Below are positions 39,748 to 48,608 of a DNA stretch of 64,000 nt, one piece after another. The position numbers and the translations under genes are program-made. Within the stretch, counting starts at the first letter, position 1; each line of letters opens with the position of its first letter. The notes beneath the pieces were generated by a model, which saw only the letters and a list, made by a program, of their open reading frames with translations, was not told where the DNA came from and did not search any database. Source of the DNA: Candidatus Latescibacterota bacterium (GTDB taxonomy: Bacteria > Latescibacterota > UBA2968 > SICM01); assembly GCA_965217865.1 (NCBI GenBank), contig CBDCJO010000002.1, forward strand, positions 960,001-1,024,000, read 5' to 3'.

Positions 39748-40731
39748 CTACGTGAAAACAGACACCGGAGGTTCATGCCGGAACACCACGTCCCTCCTGT
39801 CAATCACATCACCATCTGAGACAGGGATGTATTTTCCCTCGACCCAGAAATAAGGCTTGTATCCTAACCCGTTCAACATTCGATTGACATCACGATAAGT
39901 ATTCGGTGCCCGTGTCGATCCTTCAGGACCACGCACTTCGATCCAGATTGTGGGGAATGATGCTTCAATAAGCGTGTTGAGCATCCCGGAAACGACCTTG
40001 TCTTCGTGTCCCTCAACGTCACATTTTACCAAGTGCAATTTTCGCAGATTGAGGTCGCGCTCTTTCACGTAATCGTCTAATCTACGGCATTGGACCGTGA
40101 TCGAGTCACGATACCGATCTTCGTGACCCAGTTTCTCAGGAACAAGGGAACTCGCGGTTGAATCTCTCGAGCGGTAAAATTTCGCCTGTCCATTCCCATC
40201 AGAAAGTGCGATGTTCGCACACGTGATACAATATGACGAGTTGAGCTGCGTGCTTCGGGAAAGGGATTCATACATGTCGGGGTCTGGTTCGAATGCTATT
40301 ACCGAACCCCCGGGCCCTATCAATTTCGCAACATGGAAACTGAAAAAACCGAGATGGGCGCCGATATCGATGAACATCGTGTTTGGGATCAGCGCCTTTT
40401 TAAGGAATCGTTGAAAGGCTTGTCTCATCCAGTAATTTCCCCAAGCTGTAGGGAAGTAGAAAATTTTTCGCTGATTGGGATGTTGGAGGTCGAGCTCTAA
40501 CGTTGGTGCGAGCCCACAGGATTCACTGACCATCCACAGCCGGTCTGGTGGAGGGATTAAATAACCCATGAGAGCCGAAAAATGCTGCGCTGGATGGCGT
40601 GACGGATAGTGTTTGGTCATGGCCCGGATGTATCGATGTAAATTATGAAAACGCATATCCTTCACCGTGTAGCTGGGATCGTTGCGGGTAAGAACATCGA
40701 TTGGCCCATGACACATCGCATGGTTAAACAA
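39748..40731 (-). CDS. FkbM family methyltransferase
   Basis: FIDIGAH.G, AFEP, ALSD, KCDVEG.E; start uncertain. Confidence 0.85.
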   Translation of the reverse strand: MFNHAMCHGPIDVLTRNDPSYTVKDMRFHNLHRYIRAMTKHYPSRHPAQHFSALMGYLIPPPDRLWMVSESCGLAPTLELDLQHPNQRKIFYFPTAWGNYWMRQAFQRFLKKALIPNTMFIDIGAHLGFFSFHVAKLIGPGGSVIAFEPDPDMYESLSRSTQLNSSYCITCANIALSDGNGQAKFYRSRDSTASSLVPEKLGHEDRYRDSITVQCRRLDDYVKERDLNLRKLHLVKCDVEGHEDKVVSGMLNTLIEASFPTIWIEVRGPEGSTRAPNTYRDVNRMLNGLGYKPYFWVEGKYIPVSDGDVIDRRDVVFRHEPPVSVFT

Positions 40732-40758
40732 CGGTTACCACAAATATTCATCTGGAGA

Positions 40759-42435
40759 TCAGTCCGCTGCGATGTGTGTTTGATCTGGAGAAGTAGGAGA
40801 GGAGGGTGAAGAAAAGGGGGGGTGGCGCATGGTTTTTTGTCCCTTAAGCCCCGCCGGATCCCAGACTTGGGCCCATCGCCGAAGGACTGGGATTTTATTG
40901 TGGATCTTATGGAGGATCTCCCGATCACCGGCCTCTAAGCCAAATGCTTTGAGGAGGCCGAAGTAGAGGGGGAGAGAAATAGCGGAGAAATAGGACCAGG
41001 GAGAGCCGATTTGCAAAAGGGAAGCGCCTACAGCGAATGCAAGGCACGCCGCAGAGATGGGTTTTAGCAGCGATCGGCGGAACGGGTGAACACCCAGAAG
41101 GAACCTGACTTCGATGATTCGAAGAAGGTTGACCAGCTTCAGAGAGATGGCGGCCGCGAGGGCTGCCCCGGTGATACCGTATTTAGGGATCAGAAGCAGG
41201 TTGAGTCCGAGATTAACGATGACCAGGAGGACGGTATTAAGCAGGTTGATCCCTGATCGACCAGACATCAGCAGGATCATCTCGGCGGAGCCGAAGGCCC
41301 CGTTGATGGTGTGACCAAAAGCCAGCAGGATCAGGGCCCAGAAGCCGGCGGAGAAGGCCGATCCGAAGATCGAGAGGATGGCGCTGCCCCAGAGCCCAAA
41401 GACGAGTAGAAATGCCATCTCGAGAATTAGAATCCATCGCGTTACAGACGCAAATAGAAGCGAGACGCGCTCTTTCCGATCCTGGTGGAGCAAGCCAGAG
41501 GTGATGGGCGCGAATATCGGATCAACCGACTGCCGGATCTTTTTCACAATGCCAGCCACTTCAGTTGTGGCTGCGTAGATACCCACGGATGCAGCCGGCA
41601 AGAAAAGGGCGATGATGAATAAATCGATCCGGGACATCAGGCTATAGAAGACGTCGTAAATCGGGATAGGCGCGGAGAATTTCACCAGCCGTGAGCTTTC
41701 CGACAACCGCCTCGTCCAGGTGAGGGTGCGGGGAAGCGAAAACCTGCTGCAGAAGAATCGAATGGCCAGAGCCAGTCCGCATACCGAGGCAAGTACATAT
41801 GCGAAGGCCAGGCCGGGAACCGTCCATCCGAGCAGGCAAAGCACGATGGCGGTGGACAGCATGACAAAAGGCTCTGAGAGACCCTTCACGAAGATGTCGA
41901 ACTTCATGATCCGAAGGCCTTTCAGGGCGGCGAGGAGGATCGACGACAGGACGTAGAAGGGGATGCAGAGGGCCAAGAGACGAAGAATCTGGACAAGGTC
42001 GGGATGACCGAACACGGAGCCTGAGCCCCAGCGCGCAAAGACCCCTGCGCGGGGAGCCAGGATCCAAACGGTACCCGTGACAATTAGGCTAGCGATCAGG
42101 CCAAAGAGAAGGGCTTGCCCTATCGTCCGGTGAGCGCCTTCAGCGTCCCCGTCGGTTCGAAAGCGAGAGACGTAGCGGATGACAGCCCGGTCGAGGCCCA
42201 AAAGGCCGAACTTGCTCACCATTTCGATCAGGTGCCATCCTAGGGAGAAAAGACCCAGGACCTCGGCCCCCAGGAACCGGGTGACGATAATGTAGTAACA
42301 GAACCTGGAGATCTTTCCAAGATTGCCGAGGAAGTTTACCCCGGTGCCCTTGACAACCTCGTGTGCGTCCTTTCGTTGTGCTTCGTCCGGCGGGGTTTCT
42401 TCTTGAGGACGCCAAGCGATGGCCAGGTTGTCCAC
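40759..42435 (-). CDS. Wzx-type polysaccharide flippase
   Basis: About 14 TM helices, TRFLG...G, GL....RY, ID......L....VGIY, LLIP.YG..GAA.A. Confidence 0.88.
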   Translation of the reverse strand: MDNLAIAWRPQEETPPDEAQRKDAHEVVKGTGVNFLGNLGKISRFCYYIIVTRFLGAEVLGLFSLGWHLIEMVSKFGLLGLDRAVIRYVSRFRTDGDAEGAHRTIGQALLFGLIASLIVTGTVWILAPRAGVFARWGSGSVFGHPDLVQILRLLALCIPFYVLSSILLAALKGLRIMKFDIFVKGLSEPFVMLSTAIVLCLLGWTVPGLAFAYVLASVCGLALAIRFFCSRFSLPRTLTWTRRLSESSRLVKFSAPIPIYDVFYSLMSRIDLFIIALFLPAASVGIYAATTEVAGIVKKIRQSVDPIFAPITSGLLHQDRKERVSLLFASVTRWILILEMAFLLVFGLWGSAILSIFGSAFSAGFWALILLAFGHTINGAFGSAEMILLMSGRSGINLLNTVLLVIVNLGLNLLLIPKYGITGAALAAAISLKLVNLLRIIEVRFLLGVHPFRRSLLKPISAACLAFAVGASLLQIGSPWSYFSAISLPLYFGLLKAFGLEAGDREILHKIHNKIPVLRRWAQVWDPAGLKGQKTMRHPPFSSPSSPTSPDQTHIAAD

Positions 42436-42436
42436 G

Positions 42437-43420
42437 TCAGGCTACTCCTTTGCAATCGTGACAGATGAGCCCCTCTGTCTCCCCACTCAACATCCGTTCC
42501 CGGTGTTCCCTGTAGAGCTTGTTGTTCCAAATCTGTTCGATGGACTGGTCCTTGATGTTTCCCAGGACGGTGGTCCGATGCCAGTCGGCGCAGCAGACGA
42601 CGACGTCCCCGTTCCAGATTACCCAGAATCGCCAGAACGGAATGGCGCAGTGGTTGGCGTAGCGCCATTCTGTCGGATTGAGATCATCTATCCTGGCTTC
42701 AAGTTGTGGATCGGCCTGGTTGTTCAGCCGGCGGGCTTTAAATTTTATGTTGAGGTCCTTCCAATATTTTTTGTGTTCTTTCAAGCGATTCTCGACGTGC
42801 TGGGTTCGGACCATCCAGATCTCGAAGTCCGGGTTCCGCATCCGGAGTCTTTTTTTGAGGTCCACGAACCTCATGACGTTCTCCATCGTGACCTCATAGT
42901 CGAGGCCCACCATTGTTTCCTCATAGATCTCTTGATCGATGCTCTGAACGCTGATGATCAGTTTGTCCAATCCTGCGTGGATCAGTTTGTAAGCCGCATC
43001 TTCCGTAAGGAGGGCCCCGTTGGAGATAAGCCGGATCTGAGTGTACCAGGGCATCTTTCTCCGCGCGTAGGCTACCCGCTCGAAGATATCGTCGTCCCGA
43101 AGTGGCTCATTCATCAAGAACGGGGCAAAACGCAGGACGGTGTGTCTGGAGGCTTCGTCAACGATTTTCTGGAACACCCAATCTTCCATGGTACCGTGCT
43201 TCACCTTCAGAAACGGTTTCCCGCTCGGGCAGAAGGTACAGCTCGCGTTACAACCGTCCTTGGTCTGTACATCGACGAGGAGCGGGAACTCCGGGGTGAA
43301 ATTGGAGAGGATGAAATGCCTCACTTGCTCCAGGATCGGGATGCCACCCGCAGAGGGGGAGTTGGGATTTAGGCGACTGAGCCAGCTCACCTGCCCCTTG
43401 GATTTTGGAGAAGACACCAT
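42437..43420 (-). CDS. Radical SAM/SPASM domain protein
   Basis: CNASCTFC, NEPL, SNG.LL, C..PF.....WNGDV..CC.D...LGNI...C..C. Confidence 0.88.
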   Translation of the reverse strand: MVSSPKSKGQVSWLSRLNPNSPSAGGIPILEQVRHFILSNFTPEFPLLVDVQTKDGCNASCTFCPSGKPFLKVKHGTMEDWVFQKIVDEASRHTVLRFAPFLMNEPLRDDDIFERVAYARRKMPWYTQIRLISNGALLTEDAAYKLIHAGLDKLIISVQSIDQEIYEETMVGLDYEVTMENVMRFVDLKKRLRMRNPDFEIWMVRTQHVENRLKEHKKYWKDLNIKFKARRLNNQADPQLEARIDDLNPTEWRYANHCAIPFWRFWVIWNGDVVVCCADWHRTTVLGNIKDQSIEQIWNNKLYREHRERMLSGETEGLICHDCKGVA

Positions 43421-43456
43421 TATGGGAGATTTCCTTTGCTCATCAACAACCAGCGT

Positions 43457-44197
43457 CTATGCCTTAGAAGCCTCAATCATCAAGGTCCAACCGTTGTCTG
43501 ATTTTGAGCCTGCATTTGCCAGATGACTTATCCACCGGCCGGCTGTCACAAGGAACGTACGTACGAGGGCGGCCGGGATCGTCTTTATCCGTTCCGTGGC
43601 ATAGCTCCACTTTAAGAGCCGAACGTCCAGCGGAGAGGATAAGATATAACGACAACGGGTCAAGCGAAAGCCGCCTTGTCGCAACTTAGACTCGATGGAA
43701 GGTACCGTGTAGAACTGACGTACGGCATGCTTTTTCCGAAGCATGTTCCGCCAATTTTCCGACACTTCGGGCAGGCTCATACTATCTAACGTCAGGAGCA
43801 ACCGGCCATCAGACCGTAAAGCCCGGTGTGCTTCGGCCAGCACCAGGTTGTCGTTTTGAAGGTGCTCGAAAACACAAAAACTCATCACGGCATCAAAAGA
43901 AGCGCTCTTCACGGGAATCGCCTCTGCGTTCGCCTTAATGAACAGGACGCCTCGCCCCGCGTTATGGCGTGCTGCAGTCCCAAGCCTCTTCTTGTCGATG
44001 TCGAAACCCAGAACCAACGCTCCCCGGCGAGAGACGCGATAGTCGTAAGTTCCATCGCCGCAGCCAATGTCCAGAATGCGCTCCCTGGCTCGCGGACTAA
44101 GCCACCGCATCGCCGGAGCGATTTCCATCACCTTCCGAAAATTCCAGTCTTTTCGAATTCGCACGGTGAAATAGCTATGTAGTCGTTCGAGCAACAT
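43457..44197 (-). CDS. Class I SAM-dependent methyltransferase
   Basis: ILDIGCGDG, SFD.V....VFEH. Confidence 0.87.
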   Translation of the reverse strand: MLLERLHSYFTVRIRKDWNFRKVMEIAPAMRWLSPRARERILDIGCGDGTYDYRVSRRGALVLGFDIDKKRLGTAARHNAGRGVLFIKANAEAIPVKSASFDAVMSFCVFEHLQNDNLVLAEAHRALRSDGRLLLTLDSMSLPEVSENWRNMLRKKHAVRQFYTVPSIESKLRQGGFRLTRCRYILSSPLDVRLLKWSYATERIKTIPAALVRTFLVTAGRWISHLANAGSKSDNGWTLMIEASKA

Positions 44198-44253
44198 GAT
44201 AACCTTCGTGTCCTCAAGCTTGTGCGTCCCACCGCCGTCATCCGTCTAGGTTT

Positions 44254-47058
44254 TTATGTTTTAGAAGGAGCGAACTCAGCTCCGGTCAACAGGTGGTGCA
44301 CCGCCCGGGTGAAATGGACAGAAAATGTGACGGCTGCCAAGCCGCAGACGGTCTCCAGCCCAATGTCCGGCCTTCCGATGAGGATTCCGACCAGGAGGAT
44401 CAACACATAGATATTCCTTCGGCCCCCGAAGCCCCGGAAGAAACGGTCGAAGGGAGAATAGTCGAACAACTCGATCCCTTTAAGATGTTTGAACCCCCCC
44501 GTGACGACCCGATCCAGGAGGTAAAAGAGGGCAATCCACGCGCTTATCGCTAAGGCGTTGTCGCTCGCGCCGGTTTGGTGGAGGTAGTAACCCAAAGCCA
44601 CGTACCACGCGATCTCATACACGTTGTCCATGAGGTGCTCGAGTCTGTCCCCGAAGTCGGAGTACATCAGTTTGAGTCTGGCAAGCTTCCCATCTACCCC
44701 ATCCAAAATTCCCACGGACAGGGCGGCGAGGATGGCCGCGGTCAGCCTCCCTGTGGCAAAAAGATAGACCCCTAAAAAGGCGACCAGGTGAGTGAGAAGC
44801 GTCACCTGGTTTGGTGTGACTCCAAATTTTGCGATCAGACGCGTTGTCCAGTTCTCGAGAGGGGGATGAAGGAAGCGGGCGGGAAAGTCGAGAGTCCCTT
44901 TTTGCGCACCTTTCATCAGAAGATCCACACCCTTATTTTCGGCCTCCGGTGTCCGGACCGGAAAGCAGATGGGTCGCAAGTGTTTTCGCAAGCCCGGCAG
45001 ATAGGCCGGAATGTCATCGATTTCAAGGGTTCTCATCTCTCCTCGGCTAAGTAATCCCTCCAAGGACTCCGAAAGGGTGGCGCCTACCCCTTCCTGGGTG
45101 GTCAAGGACTTCAGGTTATCACGATGTAGAAGGCAGAGGCCTCCGTCGGTGATCCTGTGTCCCCCTGTCACAATAGTGCCGGGTCCCCGTTCGAGCAGGG
45201 CCTTCACCACCCGAACATCGTAGATGCAGTCGGCGCAAAGCACCAGGCTTATTTCCGAACATAAGACGGCCGAGGAGATGGCCTGGATGTCGGACACCCC
45301 CACCGGCACCTCGATCCACGACAGGTCGATTTTCGGTGCCGGGCGTCGAAGGAGATCTCTCCGCAGGGCATACCCGGAGCTATCCGTCACGATCGTAGCA
45401 TGACCGATTCCGGAGAGGGCGACGGTCCGGAGCGCACGGTCGAGAAGGGAGATACCACCCAACTTCGCAGAGGCATTCAACGCTCCATCTTGCCTTCCTC
45501 GGTCCGTCGCCAGGATGATGGCAGTGCAGGGTCGGGAGTCCTCCCGGGTTGTCTGGGCAACCCCTCTTCCGGTACTGCGTTGATCAGTCCCCTGAATAAC
45601 GGCGCTCATACGGTATTCCTCCGTCGTGAGGGACTGTCCCTGAAGTTTCCCTCCCCTTTCCCTGAGAAGTCGCCCTGCGGACGCAGCCACCCCCACGGTC
45701 AACATGAAGATACCGATAATTATTGCCGCGAAGATCCAGTTCAAAAGGTTGAACAGGGCGAACACGCAAAAAAGCAAGGAGAAGAAATCCCGGCGAATCG
45801 CGAATTCCAACCGGTTCAGCACCTGGAGCAGAAGGTTTTTTTGTGGGCCCGTTGCCAGTTGGGAAAAGGAGATCGCGAATTTTCGAAGGCTTCCGCTTCC
45901 GGTGTTCAGGAGATAGAAATACAGAACCGACAGGGACAACACGGTGGCCGCAAAGGTCAGGAAGCCGATGAAAAGCACCCCCGAGGTTCCGGTCCTTTGA
46001 TAGAGGCCCACCGTTACCCCGACGAAGAAAGCCAGGTAGGTTACGCAGTCCAGTATCGTGTCGAACCATTCCCCCTTGACCGAACCTGTCATCCGAAGTT
46101 TGGCGACCTCACCATCGCTCCCGTCCAGGATTGAACTGAGCTGGAAGAGGAGGCCGGCTATGACCACGTGGGCATAGTCTCCGTAAGAGGCCGATAAAGC
46201 CGCCAGGAGTCCAAGAACGAAGGTCATGACAGAGATTTGATTCGGGCTGAGGCCGAGATAGAGACAGAGCCTGCTGAACCGGATCGAGATATGACGATTC
46301 AGTAGCCGGGAGACGGGGCCGTCGGTGGGTTTTCGCGTGGATCGGTAGAGAAACCGCTCAGCGTTCTTTAGTGCCTCCGGCGTATCGATGTCGTGCCAGG
46401 AGGTGTCACTCAGGTCCAGGGTTGTCATCAGGCCCTTTTCGGAGAGCCGCTGTACCCCGTCGGTTAGAGAGCACCCTGGGCGGGAACCGGAAGCGGCGTC
46501 CGCAAGCGCGTCGAACAGCTGTGTAGAACACACGAAAATGCCGGTATCCACGGCGTCGAAGCCGTTCAGCGTCTTTCCGATTTCGACAATCCGATCCTCC
46601 TTCAGGCGAACCTTCGTGGCATCCTCAAGATCATAGACTTCCGACAGATTCCTGTCTACTCCGAGGCGGCATTCCCCGGGTGACCTGGGTGCTTTCAGGA
46701 GCCGTGCGAGGGCTTCCGGATCGAACAGGTGGTCCGACATCAGGAGGGCGAAATCTTCAGAGATCGCCTCCCTGGCTTTCAGGACGGATCCTCCATTGGG
46801 CAGTTCGTAATCGGGGTTGTAGATCCAGGTGATCCGACAAGCAAGCTCCGGAATCCGATCCAGATGCCCCCGAATCTGGTCCGATTCATAACCGGTCACA
46901 ACGACGAAGGATTCGATGCCGGCTTTAAGCGCACCTCGAATCACCCGTTCGATCAACGGGACACCCGCCACCCGAACAAGCGGTTTCGGAAGATCCCCCG
47001 AAAATGGCCTCAAACGAATTCCGTTTCCTGCCGCGATGATCACCGCTGTTTTGACCAC
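44254..47058 (-). CDS. Tandem-duplicated nucleotidyltransferase plus CDP-alcohol phosphotransferase (IPCT/DIPPS-like) fusion
   Basis: AVIIAAG.G.RL, PKPL, MSDH, DTG, DIDT; CDP-alcohol motifs DGSDGEVAK...G.WFD...D and DGVDGKLAR...G..LE...D; second NTase copy degenerate; GAGGAGG RBS. Confidence 0.85.
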   Translation of the reverse strand: MVKTAVIIAAGNGIRLRPFSGDLPKPLVRVAGVPLIERVIRGALKAGIESFVVVTGYESDQIRGHLDRIPELACRITWIYNPDYELPNGGSVLKAREAISEDFALLMSDHLFDPEALARLLKAPRSPGECRLGVDRNLSEVYDLEDATKVRLKEDRIVEIGKTLNGFDAVDTGIFVCSTQLFDALADAASGSRPGCSLTDGVQRLSEKGLMTTLDLSDTSWHDIDTPEALKNAERFLYRSTRKPTDGPVSRLLNRHISIRFSRLCLYLGLSPNQISVMTFVLGLLAALSASYGDYAHVVIAGLLFQLSSILDGSDGEVAKLRMTGSVKGEWFDTILDCVTYLAFFVGVTVGLYQRTGTSGVLFIGFLTFAATVLSLSVLYFYLLNTGSGSLRKFAISFSQLATGPQKNLLLQVLNRLEFAIRRDFFSLLFCVFALFNLLNWIFAAIIIGIFMLTVGVAASAGRLLRERGGKLQGQSLTTEEYRMSAVIQGTDQRSTGRGVAQTTREDSRPCTAIILATDRGRQDGALNASAKLGGISLLDRALRTVALSGIGHATIVTDSSGYALRRDLLRRPAPKIDLSWIEVPVGVSDIQAISSAVLCSEISLVLCADCIYDVRVVKALLERGPGTIVTGGHRITDGGLCLLHRDNLKSLTTQEGVGATLSESLEGLLSRGEMRTLEIDDIPAYLPGLRKHLRPICFPVRTPEAENKGVDLLMKGAQKGTLDFPARFLHPPLENWTTRLIAKFGVTPNQVTLLTHLVAFLGVYLFATGRLTAAILAALSVGILDGVDGKLARLKLMYSDFGDRLEHLMDNVYEIAWYVALGYYLHQTGASDNALAISAWIALFYLLDRVVTGGFKHLKGIELFDYSPFDRFFRGFGGRRNIYVLILLVGILIGRPDIGLETVCGLAAVTFSVHFTRAVHHLLTGAEFAPSKT

Positions 47059-47469
47059 GCGCCCTCCTCAATTTAATCAAATAACAGGTTTCAGAGATCC
47101 GAAGCCTCTGTTCCTAAAGGTCGTTCCAGTTTTCCGTGCGGGTAAGTATAAGCAGGTGATTTTCCTCGCTTGGAATGACCGAGCACAAATAATAATAAAA
47201 GAGGCAATAAATGTACCATTTTGAATCGAGTATGGTTTTTGGTGCATTCATCTTCAAAGAATTCAATAATATAACGATAAAAGGCCAAAAAAAAACAATG
47301 TAATTCGAAAAAATACGATCCTAACCAACCCTCCATCACAATTTGTGTGTGCGCAGAGTTGTCACTGAGGGCCACAGATGTATAAATTTTGCAACAGGGA
47401 AGGTTCTTGAGGACAGGATTGGAAATATGGGGAGTTCTGGAGACGGAGAGGATGGATGTGTGAGTGTGG

Positions 47470-47498
47470 ATGTTAAGCCAATACTTTGGAGATGTCAA
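47470..47498 (-). promoter_or_regulatory. Sigma70-type promoter about 400 nt upstream of the modification cluster
   Basis: TTGACA-17 bp-TAACAT. Confidence 0.55.
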
Positions 47499-47526
47499 GC
47501 CGACTTAGAGCAAACTTAAGGGAGTC

Positions 47527-48591
47527 CTATGTATTGTCGCTCCTCTTTTTACAAACGATGACTGCGAAATCGCTACCGATATCATCGCTGGTCATTAACG
47601 CGTCTTCTGCATCAAAGCAGAGCCGAACGAATCTCTGGGTTTCCGTGTTATCGTCGAGGAAATTGTGGCCGATGCCGTTGAAGAGCATATGCAGGACAGC
47701 CCCCCCGTATTCTTTGATCTCGACGACGTTGAAGATCTCGTGCAACAGCGGGATAATACTGGCCGAATCAACGGCTTCGGAGGGATCTCCCAATCGAACC
47801 AGCAAGCGACTGGGTCTGACGACTTCGCGCTTTATTACGTCGTTACCCCACGTTGTTCGGTACTTTTCAGGAAGGATGGACAGCAGCCCGTTTATGACTT
47901 CCAGTTGCCGCGCTGTCCATTGAAATCTGGTCGGACCGATAAACTCATCGAGGAAGAAGAATCCGTCTGCATTCAGGCAGGCTTCGATGCGCAACAGGAT
48001 TTGGCGGAGTGGGGAGAAGTGGTGCAGGGAGCCTTCCGTCATGACGGTATCGTAGGACTCGTCAGGAAGGTCGATTTTGTAAACGTCCCCCACCCGGAAT
48101 TCAAGGATGTCCGCGAAGCCGTTTTCCTCGGCGTTTTTCCGAGCAAATGCGATGCGTTCGGCCGACTGGTCGAAGGCGGTTATTCGTTTGAACTTCCCGG
48201 TGGCCGCCCACCGCTGTTCACGGCCCCCCGTGCCACACCCAAGTGAAAGGGCTTTCAGGTTTTTTCGCCCGGATAAATAGCGACGGCAGATGTGGTCGTT
48301 GAAACCCACCTCCGCATCGCCCGAAACGAGCAGGTTCCATCGTTTTTGAACCGCGGGAATGTCCCACCAGTTGCTTGGGGGCAGCTTCGTTCTCTCCCAG
48401 GCCAATAGTGTGCGCTTTTTTTCGCTACCCAGTAGTTTCTCCCAGATTCGTTTTGACCCTCCCCCCTTCACCTTATCCCACGCGAGATGCAGATCGTGCT
48501 TATTAAAATAGGTTGTTGAACACCGGTCTTCCTCCTCCCCGATCCTTCCAGTGCTTTGGAGATTGAAGTCAGCATATTCAGAGATATCCAA
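47527..48591 (-). CDS. Class I SAM-dependent methyltransferase (glycan-cluster type)
   Basis: LSLGCGTG, SLHH, EFIGPTRFQW, DPSEAV; start uncertain. Confidence 0.83.
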   Translation of the reverse strand: MDISEYADFNLQSTGRIGEEEDRCSTTYFNKHDLHLAWDKVKGGGSKRIWEKLLGSEKKRTLLAWERTKLPPSNWWDIPAVQKRWNLLVSGDAEVGFNDHICRRYLSGRKNLKALSLGCGTGGREQRWAATGKFKRITAFDQSAERIAFARKNAEENGFADILEFRVGDVYKIDLPDESYDTVMTEGSLHHFSPLRQILLRIEACLNADGFFFLDEFIGPTRFQWTARQLEVINGLLSILPEKYRTTWGNDVIKREVVRPSRLLVRLGDPSEAVDSASIIPLLHEIFNVVEIKEYGGAVLHMLFNGIGHNFLDDNTETQRFVRLCFDAEDALMTSDDIGSDFAVIVCKKRSDNT

Positions 48592-48608
48592 GATGGTGAT
48601 TGCGGTGC

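Noticed and set aside
42419-43372. 317-aa + strand ORF
   Set aside because: Fully antisense to the radical SAM gene; no recognisable domain
47091-47498. 135-aa ORF in the AT-rich leader
   Set aside because: Starts on the TTGACA box itself, with non-protein-like composition
39665-48600. tRNA-Phe-integrated genomic island
   Set aside because: No integrase and no duplicated tRNA 3' end seen; the tRNA keeps its CCA and terminator
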